Source: the human T2T-CHM13v2.0 reference genome, Homo sapiens. Taken from it: a stretch of DNA of 64,000 bases. A program made the translations under genes and the position numbers. The notes beneath the pieces were generated by a model. It did no database searches. It worked only from the letters and a program-made list of their open reading frames with translations, and was not told the origin of the DNA. Below are positions 13,224 to 27,936 of this stretch, piece by piece; the stretch's first letter is position 1, and every line of letters starts with the position of its first letter. The stretch lies in NCBI RefSeq assembly GCF_009914755.1, contig NC_060937.1. The stretch is one strand, 5' to 3'.

Positions 13224-16200
13224 TTGTGTACTGTACATAATATATTAAATCGCCCAAATATATATTGTATACTGTATATAAAATATGAAGGTACTTCAAA
13301 TATATATTATATGCTGCACATAAAATATCAAAGTACCCAAAGTATGCATTACATACTGTACATAAAATATCAAAGTACACAAATTATATATTATATTCTG
13401 TACATAAAATATGTAGGTTCATCAAATATATTTTATATTCTGTACATAATATATCAAAGTACATCAAATATATATTATATACGGTACATAAAATATCAAA
13501 GTACCCAAAATATGTACTATTTACTGTACATAAAATATGAAAGTAACCAAACTTTTATAATAAACTGTACATAAAATATCAAAGTACTCAATCTACATAT
13601 TATATACAGTATATAAAATATCAAAGTACACAAACTGTATATTATATACTGTACATAATATATCAAAGTACCCAGAATATGTAGCATACTGTACATACAA
13701 TATCAAAGTACCCAGAATGTATATTGTATACTGTACATAAAATATGAAGGTACATCAAAGATATATTATATTCTGTACATAAAATATCAAACTACACCAA
13801 ATATATATTATATGCTGTACATAATATATTAAAGTTGCCCATGTATACATTTTATACTGTACATAAAATATGAAGGTACATCAAATATATAGTATATGCT
13901 GCACATAAAATATCAAAGTACCCAAAGTATGTATTATATACTGTACATAAAATATCAAAGTACCAAAAGTATATATTACCTACTGTAAATAAAATATGAA
14001 GATACCTCAAATATATATTATATTCTGTACATGAAATATCAAAGTACACCAAGTATATACTATATACTCTACATAAAATATTAAATTACCCAAAATATGT
14101 ATTGTATTGTGTACATAAAATATGAAAGTAACCAAACATTTATAATAAACTGTACATAAAATATCAAAGTACTCAAACTTTATATTATATACTGTACATA
14201 AAGTATCAAAGTACCCAAACTGTGTAGTATATACTGTACATAAAATATCAAGGTACCCAAAATGTATATTGTAAACTGTAGATAAAATATCAAAGTACCC
14301 AAAATATATATTATATACTGTACATAAAATATGAAGGCACATCCAATATATATTATATTCTGTACATAAAATATCAAAGTACACCAAATGTATATTATAT
14401 ACTGTACATAAAATATAAAACTTCCCCAAATATATCTTATATACTCTACATAAAATATCAAAGTACCCAAAATATATATTATATACTGTACATAATATAT
14501 CAAAGTACCCATAGTATGTATTATATCCTGTACATAAAATATGAAAGTACGTCAAATATATATTCTATTCTGCACATAAAATATCATATTGCACCAAATA
14601 TATATTGTATACTGTATATAAAATATGAAGGTACTTCAAATATATATTATATGCTGCACATAAAATATCAAAGTACCCAAAGTATGCATTATATACTGTA
14701 CATAAAATATCAAAGTACCCAAAGTGTATATTATATACTGTACATAAAATATGAAGGTTCATCAAATATATTTTATATTCTGCACATAATATATCAAAGT
14801 ACAGCAAATATATATTATATACTGTACATAAAATAACAAAGTACCAAAAATATGTATTATATACTGTACATAAAATATGAAAGTAACCAAATATTTATAA
14901 TAAACTGTATATAAAATATCAAAGTACTCAAACTACATATTATATACAGTATATAAAATATCAAAGTACCCAAACTGTATATTATATACTGTACATACTA
15001 TATTAAAGTACCCGAATATATAGCATACTGTACATAAAATATCAAATTACCCAAAATATATATTGTATACTGTACATAAAATATAAAGGTACATCAAAGA
15101 TATATTATATTCTGTACATAAAATATCAAAGTACACCAAATATATATTATATGCTGTACATAATATATTAAAGTCGACCAAATATATATTATATACTGTA
15201 CATAAAATATGAAGATACATCAAATATATATTATATGCTGCACATAAAATATCAAAGTACCCAAAGTATGTATTATATACTGTACATAAAATATCAAAGT
15301 ACCCAAAGTATATATTATATACTGTACATAAAATATAAAATACCCCAAATATATATTATATGCTGTACATAAAATATCAAAGTACACAAAATATGTATTA
15401 TGTACTGTACATAAAATATCAAAGGATCCAATATATATATTATATAGTGTACATAAAATATCAAAATACCCAAAATATATATTATATACTGTACATAAAA
15501 TACCAAAGTACCCAAAGTATATATTATATACCGTACAAAAAATATCAAAGTAGCCAAAATATGTATTATACACTGTACATAATATATGAAAGTACCCAAA
15601 CATTTATAATAAACTGTACATAAAATATCAATGTACTCAAACTATATATTATGTGCGGTACATAAGATATCAAAGTACCCATACTATATAGTATATACTG
15701 TACTTAAAATATCAAAATACCCAAAATATATATTATATACGTTACATAAACTATCAAATACACAAAGTATGTATTATATACTGTACATAAAATAGCAAAG
15801 TTCCCAAAATATGTATTATATACTGTACATAAAATATGAAAGTACCCAACCATTTATAATAAAGTCTACATAAAATACCAAAGTACCCAAACTGTGTATT
15901 ATATACTGTCCATAAAATATCAAAGGACCCAAAATATATATCGTAAACTCTACATAAAATATCAAAGTAGCCAAAATACATATTGTATACTGTACATAAA
16001 ATATAAAAGTACCCCAAATATGTATTATATACTGTACATAAAATATCAAAGTACCGATAATACATATTATATACTGTACATAAAATATCAGAGGACCCAA
16101 AATAAACATTATATACTGTACATAAAATATCCAAATACTCACAATATATATTACATACTGTACATAAAATATCAAAGTACCCAAATTATGTATTATATAT

Positions 16201-16530
16201 TGTACGTAAAATATCAGAGTACCCAAAATATGCATTATATACTGTACATAAAATATGAAAGTAACAATACATTTATAATAAACTGTACATAAAATATCAA
16301 AGTACTCAAACTATATATCATTTACTGTACATAAAATATCAAAGTACCCAAATTGTGTATTATTATATACTGTATATAAAATATCAAAGTACCTGAAATA
16401 TATATTGTATACTGTACATAAAATATCAAAGTACCCAAAATATATACTATATACTGTACATAAAATATGAAGGTACATCAAATATATATTATATCCTGTA
16501 CATAAAATATCAAAGTACACCTATTATATA
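13224..16530 (+). repeat. Macro-unit B (3307 bp)
   Basis: Marker spacing 3307. It contains the 294-bp block, GTCGAC at 15173 and the GGATCC variant at 15424. Confidence 0.85.
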
Positions 16531-19500
16531 TTGTGTACTGTACATAATATATTAAATCGCCCAAATATATATTGTATACTGTATATAAAATATGAAGGTA
16601 CTTCAAATATATATTATATGCTGCACATAAAATATCAAAGTACCCAAAGTATGCATTACATACTCTACATAAAATATCAAAGTACACATATTATATATTA
16701 TATAATGTACATAAAATATGAAGGTTCATCAAATATATATTATATTCTGTACATAATATATCAAAGTACATCAAATATATATTATATACGGTACATAAAA
16801 TATCAAAGTACCAAAAATATGTATTATATACTGTACATAAAACATGAAAGTAACCAAACATTTATAATAAACTGTACATTAAATATCAAAGTACTCAATG
16901 TACATATTATATACAGTATATAAAATATCAAAGTACACAAACTGTATATTATATACTGTACATAATATATCAAAGTACCCAGAATATATAGCATACTGTA
17001 CATAAAATATCAAAGTACCCAAAATATATATTGTATACTGTACATAAAATATGAAGGTACATCAAAGATATATTATATTCTGTACATAAAATATCAAACT
17101 ACACCAAATATATATTATATGCTGTACATAATATATTAAAGTTGCCCATATATGCATTATATACTGTACATAAAATATGAACGTACATCAAATATATAGT
17201 ATATGCTGCACATAAAATATCAAAGTACCCAAAGTATGTATTATACACTGTGCATAAAATATCAAAGTACCAAAAGTATATATTACATACTGTAAATAAA
17301 ATATGAAGGTACGTCAAATATATATTCTATTCTATACATAAAATATCAAAGTACACCAAGTATATACTATATATTCTGCATAAAATATTAAATTACCCGA
17401 AATATGTATTGTATTGTGTACATAAAATATGAAAGTAACCAAACATTTATAATAAACTGTACATAAAATATCAAAGTACTCAAACTGTATATTATATACT
17501 GTACATAAAGTATCAAAGTACCCAAACTGTGTAGTATATACTGTACATAAAATATCAAGGTACCCAAAATATATATTGTAAACTGTAGATAAAATATCAA
17601 AGTACCCAAAATATATATTATATACTGTACATGAAATATGAAGGCACATCCAATATATATTATACTCTGTACATAAAATATCAAAGTACACCAAATGTAT
17701 ATTCTATACTGTACATAAAATATCAAAGTACCCAAAGTGTATATTATATACTGTACATAAAATATGAAGGTTCATCAAATATATTTTATATTCTGCACAT
17801 AATATATCAAAGTACAGCAAATATATAGTATATACTGTACATAAAATATCAAAGTACCCAAAATATGTATTATATACTGTACATAAAATATGAAAGTAAC
17901 CAAACATTTATAATACACTGTACATAAAGTATCAAAGTACTCAAACTACATATTATATACAGCATATAAAATGTCAAAGTACCCATACTGTATATTATAT
18001 ACTGTACATAATATATCAAAGTACCCGAATATATAGCATACTGTACATAAAATATCAAAGTACCCAAATTGTGTATTATACACTGCACATAAAATATGAA
18101 GGTATATAAAATATATATTGTATTCTGTACATAAAATATCAAAGTACTCCAAATATATATTATATGCTGTACATAATATATTAAAGTTGCCCAAATATAT
18201 ATTATATACTGTACATAAAATATGAAGGTACGTCAAATATATAGTATATGCTGCACATAAAATATCAAAGTACCCAAAGTATGTATTATATACTGTACAT
18301 AAAATATCAAAGTACCCAAAGTATATATTATATACTGTACATAAAATATAAAATACCACAAATATATATTATGTGCTGTACATAAAATATCAAAGTACAC
18401 AAAATATGTATTATGTACTGTACATAAAATATCAAAGGACCCAAAATATATATTATATACTGTACATAAAATATAAAAATACCCAAAATATATATTATAT
18501 ACTGTACATAAATTACCAAAGTACCCAAAGTATATATTATGTACCGTACAAAAAATATCAAAGTAGCCAAAATATGTATTATACACTGTACTTAATATAT
18601 GAAAGTACCCAAATATTTATAATAAACTGTAAATAAAATATCAATGTACTCAAACTATATATTATGTGCGGTACATAAGATATCAAAGTACCCATGCTAT
18701 ATAGTATATACTGTACTTAAAATATCAAAATACCCAAAATATATATTATATACGTTACATAAACTATCAAATACACAAAGTATGTATTATATACTGTACA
18801 TAAAATAGCAAAGTTCCCAAAATATGTATTATATACTGTACATAAAATATGAAAGTACCCAACCATTTATAATAAACTCTACATAAAATACCAAAGTACC
18901 CAAACTGTGTATTATATACTGTCCATAAAATATCAAAGTACCCAAAATATATATTGTAAACTCTACATAAAATATCAAAGTAGCCAAAATACATATTGTA
19001 TACTGTACATAAAATATAAAAGTACCCCAAATATATATTATATACTGTACATAAAATATCAAAGTACCCATAATACATATTATATACTGTACATAAAATA
19101 TCAAAGGACCCAAAATAAACATTATATACTGTACATAAAATATCCAAATACTCAAAATATATATTACATACTGTACATAAAATATCAAAGTACCCAAATT
19201 ATGCATTATATACTGTACGTAAAATATCAGAGTAACCAAAATATGCATTATATACTGTACATAAAAAATGAAAGTAACAAAACATTTATAATAAACTGTA
19301 CATAAAATATCAAAGTACTCAAACTATATATCATATACTGTACATAAAATATCAAAGTACCCAAACTGTGTATTATTATATACTGTATATAAAATATCAA
19401 AGTACCTGAAATATATATTGTATACTGTACATAAAATATCAAAGTACCCAAAATATATACTATATACTGTACATAAAATATGAAGGTACATCAAATGTAT

Positions 19501-19543
19501 ATTATATCCTGTACATAAAATATCAAAGTACACCTATTATATA
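16531..19543 (+). repeat. Macro-unit A (3013 bp)
   Basis: Marker spacing 3013. No 294-bp block. Confidence 0.85.
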
Positions 19544-22500
19544 TTGTGTACTGTACATAATATATTAAATCGCCCAAATATATATTGTATACTGTATATA
19601 AAATATGAAGGTACTTCAAATATATATTATATGCTGCACATAAAATATCAAAGTACCCAAAGTATGCATTACATACTGTACATAAAATATCAAAGTACAC
19701 AAATTATATATTATATACTGTACATAAAATATGTAGGTTCATCAAATATATTTTATATTCTGTACATAATATATCAAAGTACATCAAATATATATTATAT
19801 ACGGTACATAAAATATCAAAGTACCCAAAATATGTATTATATACTGTACATAAAACATGAAAGTAACCAAACATTTATAATAAACTGTACATAAAATATC
19901 AAAGTACTCAATCTACATATTATATACAGTATATAAAATATCAAAGTACACAAACTGTATATTATATACTGTACATAATATATCAAAGTACCCAGAATAT
20001 ATAGCATACTGTACATAAAATATCAAGGTACCCAAAATATATATTGTATACTGTTCATAAAATATGAAGGTACATCAAAGATATATTATATTCTGTGCAT
20101 AAAATATCAAAGTACACCAAATATATATTATATGCTGTACATAATATATTAAAGTTGCCCATATATACATTATATACTGTACATAAAATATGAAGGTACA
20201 TCATATATATAGTATATGCTGCACATAAAATATCAAAGTACCCAAAGTATGTATTATACACTGTACATAAAATATCAAAGTACCAGAAGTATATATTACA
20301 TACTGTAAATAAAATATGAAGGTACCTCAAATATATATTATATTCTGTACATAAAATATCAAAGTACACCAAGTATATACTATATACTATGCATAAAATA
20401 TTAAATTACCTAAAATATGTATTGTATTGTGTACATAAAATATGAAAGTAACCAAACATTTATAATAAACTGTACATAAGATATCAAATTACTCAAACTG
20501 TATATTATATACTGTACATAAAGTATCAAAGTACCCAAACTGTGTAGTATATACTGTACATAAAATATCAAGGTACCCAAAATATATATTGTAAACTGTA
20601 GATAAAATATCAAAGTACCCAAAATATATATTAAATACTGTACATAAAATATGAAGGCACATCCAATATATATTATATTCTGTACATAAAATATGAAAGT
20701 ACACCAAATGTATATTATATACTGTACATAAAATATCAAAGTACCCAAAGTGTATATTATATACTGTACATAAAATATGAAGGTTCATCAAATATATTTT
20801 ATATTCTGCACATAATATATCAAAGTACAGCAAATATATATTATATACTGTACATAAAATATCAAAGTACCCAAAATATGTATTATATACTGTACATAAA
20901 ATGTGAAAGTAACCAAACATTTATAATAAACTGTACATAAAATATCAAAGTACTCAAACTACATATTATATACAGTATATAAAATATCAAAGTACCCAAA
21001 CTGTATATTATATACTGTACATAATATATCAAAGTACCCGAATATATAGCATACTCTACATAAAATATCAAAGTACCCAAAATATATATTGTATACTGTA
21101 CATAAAATATGAAGGTACATGAAAGATATATTATATTCTGTACATAAAATATCAAAGTACACCAAATATATATTATATGCTGTACATAATATATTAAAGT
21201 CGACCAAATATATATTATATACTGTGCATAAAATATGAAGTTACATCAAATATATATTATATGCTGCACATAAAATATAAAAGTACCCAAAGTATGTATT
21301 ATATACTCTACATAAAATATCAAAGTACCCAAAATATATATTATATACTGTACATAAAATATAAAATACCCCAAATATATATTATATGTTGTACATAAAA
21401 TATCAAAATACAGAAAATATTTATTATATACTGTACATAAAATACCAAAGGACCCAAAATATATATTATATACTGTACATAAAATATCAAAATACCCATA
21501 ATATATATTATATACTGTACATAAAATACCAAAGTACCCAAAGTATATATTATATACCGTACAAAAAATATCAAAGTAGCCAAAATATGTATTATACACT
21601 GTACATAATATATGAAAGTACCCAAACATTTATAATAAACTGTACATAAAATACCAATGTACTCAAACTATGTATTATGTGCGGTACATAAGATATCAAA
21701 GTACCCTTACTATATAGTATGTACTGTACTTAAAATATCAAAATACCCAAAATATATATTATATACGTTACATAAACTATCACATACACAAAGTATGTAT
21801 TATATACTGTACATAAAATAGCAAAGTTCCCAAAATATGTATTATATACTGTACATAAAATATGAAAGTACCCAACCATTTATAATAAACTCTACATAAA
21901 ATACCAAAGTACCCAAACTGTGGATTATATACTGTCCATAAAATATAAAAGTACCCAAAATATATATTGTAAACTCTACATAAAATATCAAAGTAGCCAA
22001 AATACATATTGTATACTGTACATAAAATATAAAAGTACCCCAAATATATATTATATACTGTACATAAAATATCAATGTACCCATAATACATATTATATAC
22101 TGTACATAAAATATCAAAGGACCCAAAATAAACATTATATACTGTACATAAAATATCCAAATACTCAAAATATATATTACATACTGTACATAAAATATCA
22201 AAGTACCCAAATTATGTATTATATACTGTACGTAAAATATCAGAGTACCCAAAATATGCATTATATACTGTACATAAAATATGAAGGTACATCAAATATA
22301 TAGTATATGCTGCACATAAAATATCAAAGTACCCAAAGTATGTATTATATACTGTACATAAAATATCAAAGTACCAAAAGTATATATTACCTACTGTAAA
22401 TAAAATATGAAGATACCTCAAATATATATTATATTCTGTACATAAAATATCAAAGTACACCAAGTATATACTATATACTCTGCATAAAATATTAAATTAC

Positions 22501-24940
22501 CCAAAATATGTATTGTATTGTGTACATAAAATATGAAAGTAACCAAACATTTATAATAAACTGTACATAAAATATCAAAGTACTCAAACTTTATATTATA
22601 TACTGTACATAAAGTATCAAAGTACTCAAACTGTGTAGTATATACTGTACATAAAATATCAAGGTACCCAAAATGTATATTGTAAACTGTAGATAAAATA
22701 TCAAAGTACCCAAAATATATATTATATACTGTACATAAAATATGAAGGCACATCCAATATATATTATATTCTGTACATAAAATATCAAAGTACACCAAAT
22801 GTATATTATATACTGTACATAAAATATAAAACTACCCCAAATATATCTTATATACTCTACATAAAATATCAAAGTACCCAAAATATATATTATATACTGT
22901 ACATAAAATATCAAAGTACCCATAGTATGTATTATATCCTGTACATAAAATATGAAGGTACATCAAATATATATTCTATTCTGCACATAAAATATCATAT
23001 TGCACCAAATATATATTGTATACTGTATATAAAATATGAAGGTACTTCAAATATATATTATATGCTGCACATAAAATATCAAAGTACCCAAAGTATGCAT
23101 TATATACTGTACATAAAATATCAAAGTACCCAAAGTGTATATTATGTACTGTACATAAAATATGAAGGTTCATCAAATATATTTTATATTCTGCACATAA
23201 TATATCAAAGTACAGCAAATATATATTATATATTGTACATAAAATAACAAAGTACCAAAAATATGTATTATATACTGTACATAAAATATGAAAGTAACCA
23301 AATATTTATAATAAACTGTATATAAAATATCAAAGTACTCAAACTACATATTATATACAGTATATAAAATATCAAAGTACCCAAACTATATATTATATAC
23401 TGTACATACTATATCAAAGTACCCAAATATATAGCATACTGTCCATAAAATATCAAAGTACCCAAAATATATATTGTATACTGTACATAAAATATGAAGG
23501 TACATCAAAGATATATTATATCCTGTACATAAAATATCAAAGTACACCAAATATATATTATATGCTGTACATAATATATTAAAGTCGACCAAATATATAT
23601 TATATACTGTACATAAAATATGAAGGTACCTCAACTATATATTATATGCTGCACATAAAATATCAAAGTACCCAAAGTATGTATTATATACTGTACATAA
23701 AATATCAAAGTACCCAAAGTATATATTATATACTGTACATAAAATATAAAATACCCCAAATATATATTATATGCTGTACATAAAATATCAAAGTACACAA
23801 AATATGTATTATGTACTGTACATACAATATAAAGGACCCAAAATATATACTATATACTGTACATAAAATATCAAAATACCCAAAATATATATTATATACT
23901 GTACATAAAATACCAAAGTACCCAAAGTATATATTATATACCGTACAAAAAATATCAAAGTAGCCAAAATATGTATTATACACTGTACATAATATATGAA
24001 AGTACCCAAACATTTATAATAAACTGTACATAAAATATCAATGTACTCAAACTATGTATTATGTGCGGTACATAACATATCAAAGTACCCATACTATATA
24101 GTATGTACTGTACTTAAAATATCAAAATACCCAAAATATATATTATATACGTTACATAAACTATCAAATACACAAAGTATGTATTATATACTGCACATAA
24201 AATAGCAAAGTTCCCAAAATATGTATTATATACTGTACATAAAATATGAAAGTACCCAACCATTTATAATAAACTCTACATAAAATACCAAAGTACCCAA
24301 ACTGTGTATTATATACTGTCCATAAAATATCAAAGTACCCAAAATATATATTGTAAACTGTACATAAAATATCAAAGTAGCCAAAATACATATTGTATAC
24401 TGTACATAAAATATGAAAGTACCCCAAATATGTATTATATACTGTACATAAAATATCAAAGTACCCATAATACATATTATATACTGTACATAAAATATCA
24501 AAGGACCCAAAATAAACATTATATACTGTACATAAAATATCCAAATACTCAAAATATATATTACGTACTGTACATAAAATATCAAAGTAACCAAATTATG
24601 TATTATATACTGTACGTAAAATATCAGAGTACCCAAAATATGCGTTATATACTGTACATAAAATATGAAAGTAACAAAACATTTATAATAAACTGTACAT
24701 AAAATATCAAACTACTCAAACTATATATCATATACTGTACATAAAATATCAAAGTACCCAAACTGTGTATTATTATATACTGTATATAAAATATCAAAGT
24801 ACCTGAAATATATACTGTATACTGTACATAAAATATCAAAGTACCCAAAATATATACTATATACTGTACATAAAATATGAAGGTACATCAAATATATATT
24901 ATATCCTGTACATAAAATATCAAAGTACACCTATTATATA
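19544..24940 (+). repeat. Divergent A-length unit fused (922-bp deletion near 22260-22290) to the 3' part of a B unit; 5397 bp
   Basis: Marker spacing 5397 = 6319-922. The junction reads ATGCATTATATACTGTACATAAAATATGAAGGTACATCAAATATATAGT instead of the usual ...ATGAAAGTAACAAAAC. Confidence 0.8.
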
Positions 24941-27936
24941 TTGTGTACTGTACATAATATATTAAATCGCCCAAATATATATTGTATACTGTATATAAAA
25001 TATGAAGGTACTTCAAATATATATTATATGCTGCACATAAAATATCAAAGTACCCAAAGTATGCATTACATACTGTACATAAAATATCAAAGTACACATA
25101 TTATCTATTATATAATGTACATAAAATATGAAGGTTCATCAAATATATATTATATTCTGTACATAATATATCAAAGTACATCAAATATATATTATATACT
25201 GTACATAAAATATCAAAGTACCAAAAATATGTATTATATACTGTACATAAAACATGAAAGTAACCAAACATTTATAATAAACTGTACATAAAATATCAAA
25301 GTACTCAATCTACATATTATATACAGTATATAAAATATCAAAGTACACAAACTGTATATTATATACTGTACATAATATATCAAAGTACCCAGAATATATA
25401 GCATACTGTACTTAAAATATCAAAGTACCCAAAATATATATTGTATACTGTACATAAAATATGAAGGTACATCAAAGATATATTATATTCTGTACATAAA
25501 ATATCAAAGTACACCAAATATATATTATATGCTGTACATAATATATTAAAGTTGCCCATATATACATTATATACTGTACATAAAATATGAACGTACATCA
25601 AATATATAGTATATGCTGCACATAAAATATCAAAGTACCCAAAGTATGTATTATACACTGTACATAAAATATCAAAGTACCAAAAGTATATATTACATAC
25701 TGTAAATAAAATATGAAGGTACCTCAAATATATATTATATTCTGTACATAAAATATCAAAGTACACCAAGTATATACTATATACTCTGCATAAAATATTA
25801 AATTACCCAAAATATGTATTGCATTGTGTACATAAAATATGAAAGTAACCAAACATTTATAATAAACTGTACATAAAATATCAAAGTACTCAAACTGTAT
25901 ATTATATACTGTACATAAAGTATCAAAGTACCCAAACTGTGTAGTATATACTGTACATAAAATATCAAGGTACCCAAAATATATATTGTAAACTGTAGAT
26001 AAAATATCAAAGTACCCAAAATATATATTATATACTGTACATAAAATATGAAGGCACTTCCAATATATATTATATTCTGTACATAAAATATCAAAGTACA
26101 CCAAATGTATATTATATACTGTACATAAAATATCAAAGTACCCAAAGTGTATATTATATACTGTACATAAAATATGAAGATTCATCAAATATATTTTATA
26201 TTCTGCACATAATATATCAAAGTACAGCAAATATATATTATATACTGTACATAAAATATCAAAGTACCCAAAATATGTATTATATACTGTACATAAAATA
26301 TGAAAGTAACCAAACATTTATAATAAACTGTACATAAAGTAACAAAGTACTCAAACTACATATTATATACAGTATATAAAATGTCAAAGTACCCAAACTG
26401 TATATTATATACTGAACATAATATATCAAAGTACCCGAATATATAGCATACTGTACATAAAATATCAAAGTACCCAAAGTGTGTATTATACACTGCACAT
26501 AAAATATGAAGGTACATAAAATATATATTGTATTCTGTACATAAAATATCAAAGTACTCCAAATATATATTATATGCTGTACATAATATATTAAAGTCGC
26601 CCAAATATATATTATATACTGTACATAAAATATGAAGGTACATCAAATATATATTATATGCTGCACATAAAATATCAAAGTACCCAAAGTATGTGTTATA
26701 TACTGTACATAAAATATCAAAGTACCCAAAGTATATATTATATACTGTACATAAAATATAAAATACCCCAAATATATATTATATGCTGTACATAAAATAT
26801 GAAAGTACACAAAATATGTATTATATACTGTACATAAAATACCAAAGGACCCAAAATATGTATTATATACTGTACATAAAATATCAAAATACCCAAAATA
26901 TATATTATATACTGTACATAAAATACCAAAGTACCCAAAGTATATATTATATACCGTACAAAAAATATCAAAGTAGCCAAAATATGTATTATACACTGTA
27001 CATAATATATGAAAGTACCCAAACATTTATAATAAACTGTACATAAAATATCAATGTACTCAAACTATATATTATGTGCGCTACATAAGATATCAAAGTA
27101 CCCATACTATATAGTATATACTGTACTTAAAATATCAAAATACCCAAAATATATATTATATACGTTACATAAACTATCAAATACACAAAGTATGTATTAT
27201 ATACTGTACATAAAATAGCAAAGTTCCCAAAATATGTATTATATACTGTACATAAAATATGAAAGTACCCAACCATTTATAATAAAGTCTACATAAAATA
27301 CCAAAGTACCCAAACTGTGTATTATATACTGTCCATAAAATATCAAAGGACCCAAAATATATATCGTAAACTCTACATAAAATATCAAAGTAGCCAAAAT
27401 ACATATTGTATACTGTACATAAAATATAAAAGTACCCCAAATATATATTATATACTGTACATAAAATATCAAAGTACCCATAATACATATTATATACTGT
27501 ACATAAAATATCAAAGGACCCAAAATAAACATTATATACTGTACATAAAATATCCAAATACTCAAAATATATATTACATACTGTACATAAAATATCAAAG
27601 TACCCAAATTATGTATTATATACTGTACGTAAAATATCAGAGTACCCAAAATATGCATTATATACTGTACATAAAATATGAAAGTAACAAAACATTTATA
27701 ATAAACTGTACATAAAATATCAAAGTACTCAAACTATATATCATATACTGTACATAAAATATCAAAGTACCCAAACTGTGTATTATTACATACTGTATAT
27801 AAAATATCAAAGTACCTGAAATATATATTTTATACTGTACATAAAATATCAAAGTACCCAAAATATATACTATATACTGTACATCAAATATATATTATAT
27901 CCTGTACATAAAATATCAAAGTACTCCTATTATATA
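24941..27936 (+). repeat. Macro-unit A with 17-bp deletion (2996 bp)
   Basis: Marker spacing 2996 = 3013-17. The deletion is visible at ~27880. Confidence 0.85.
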
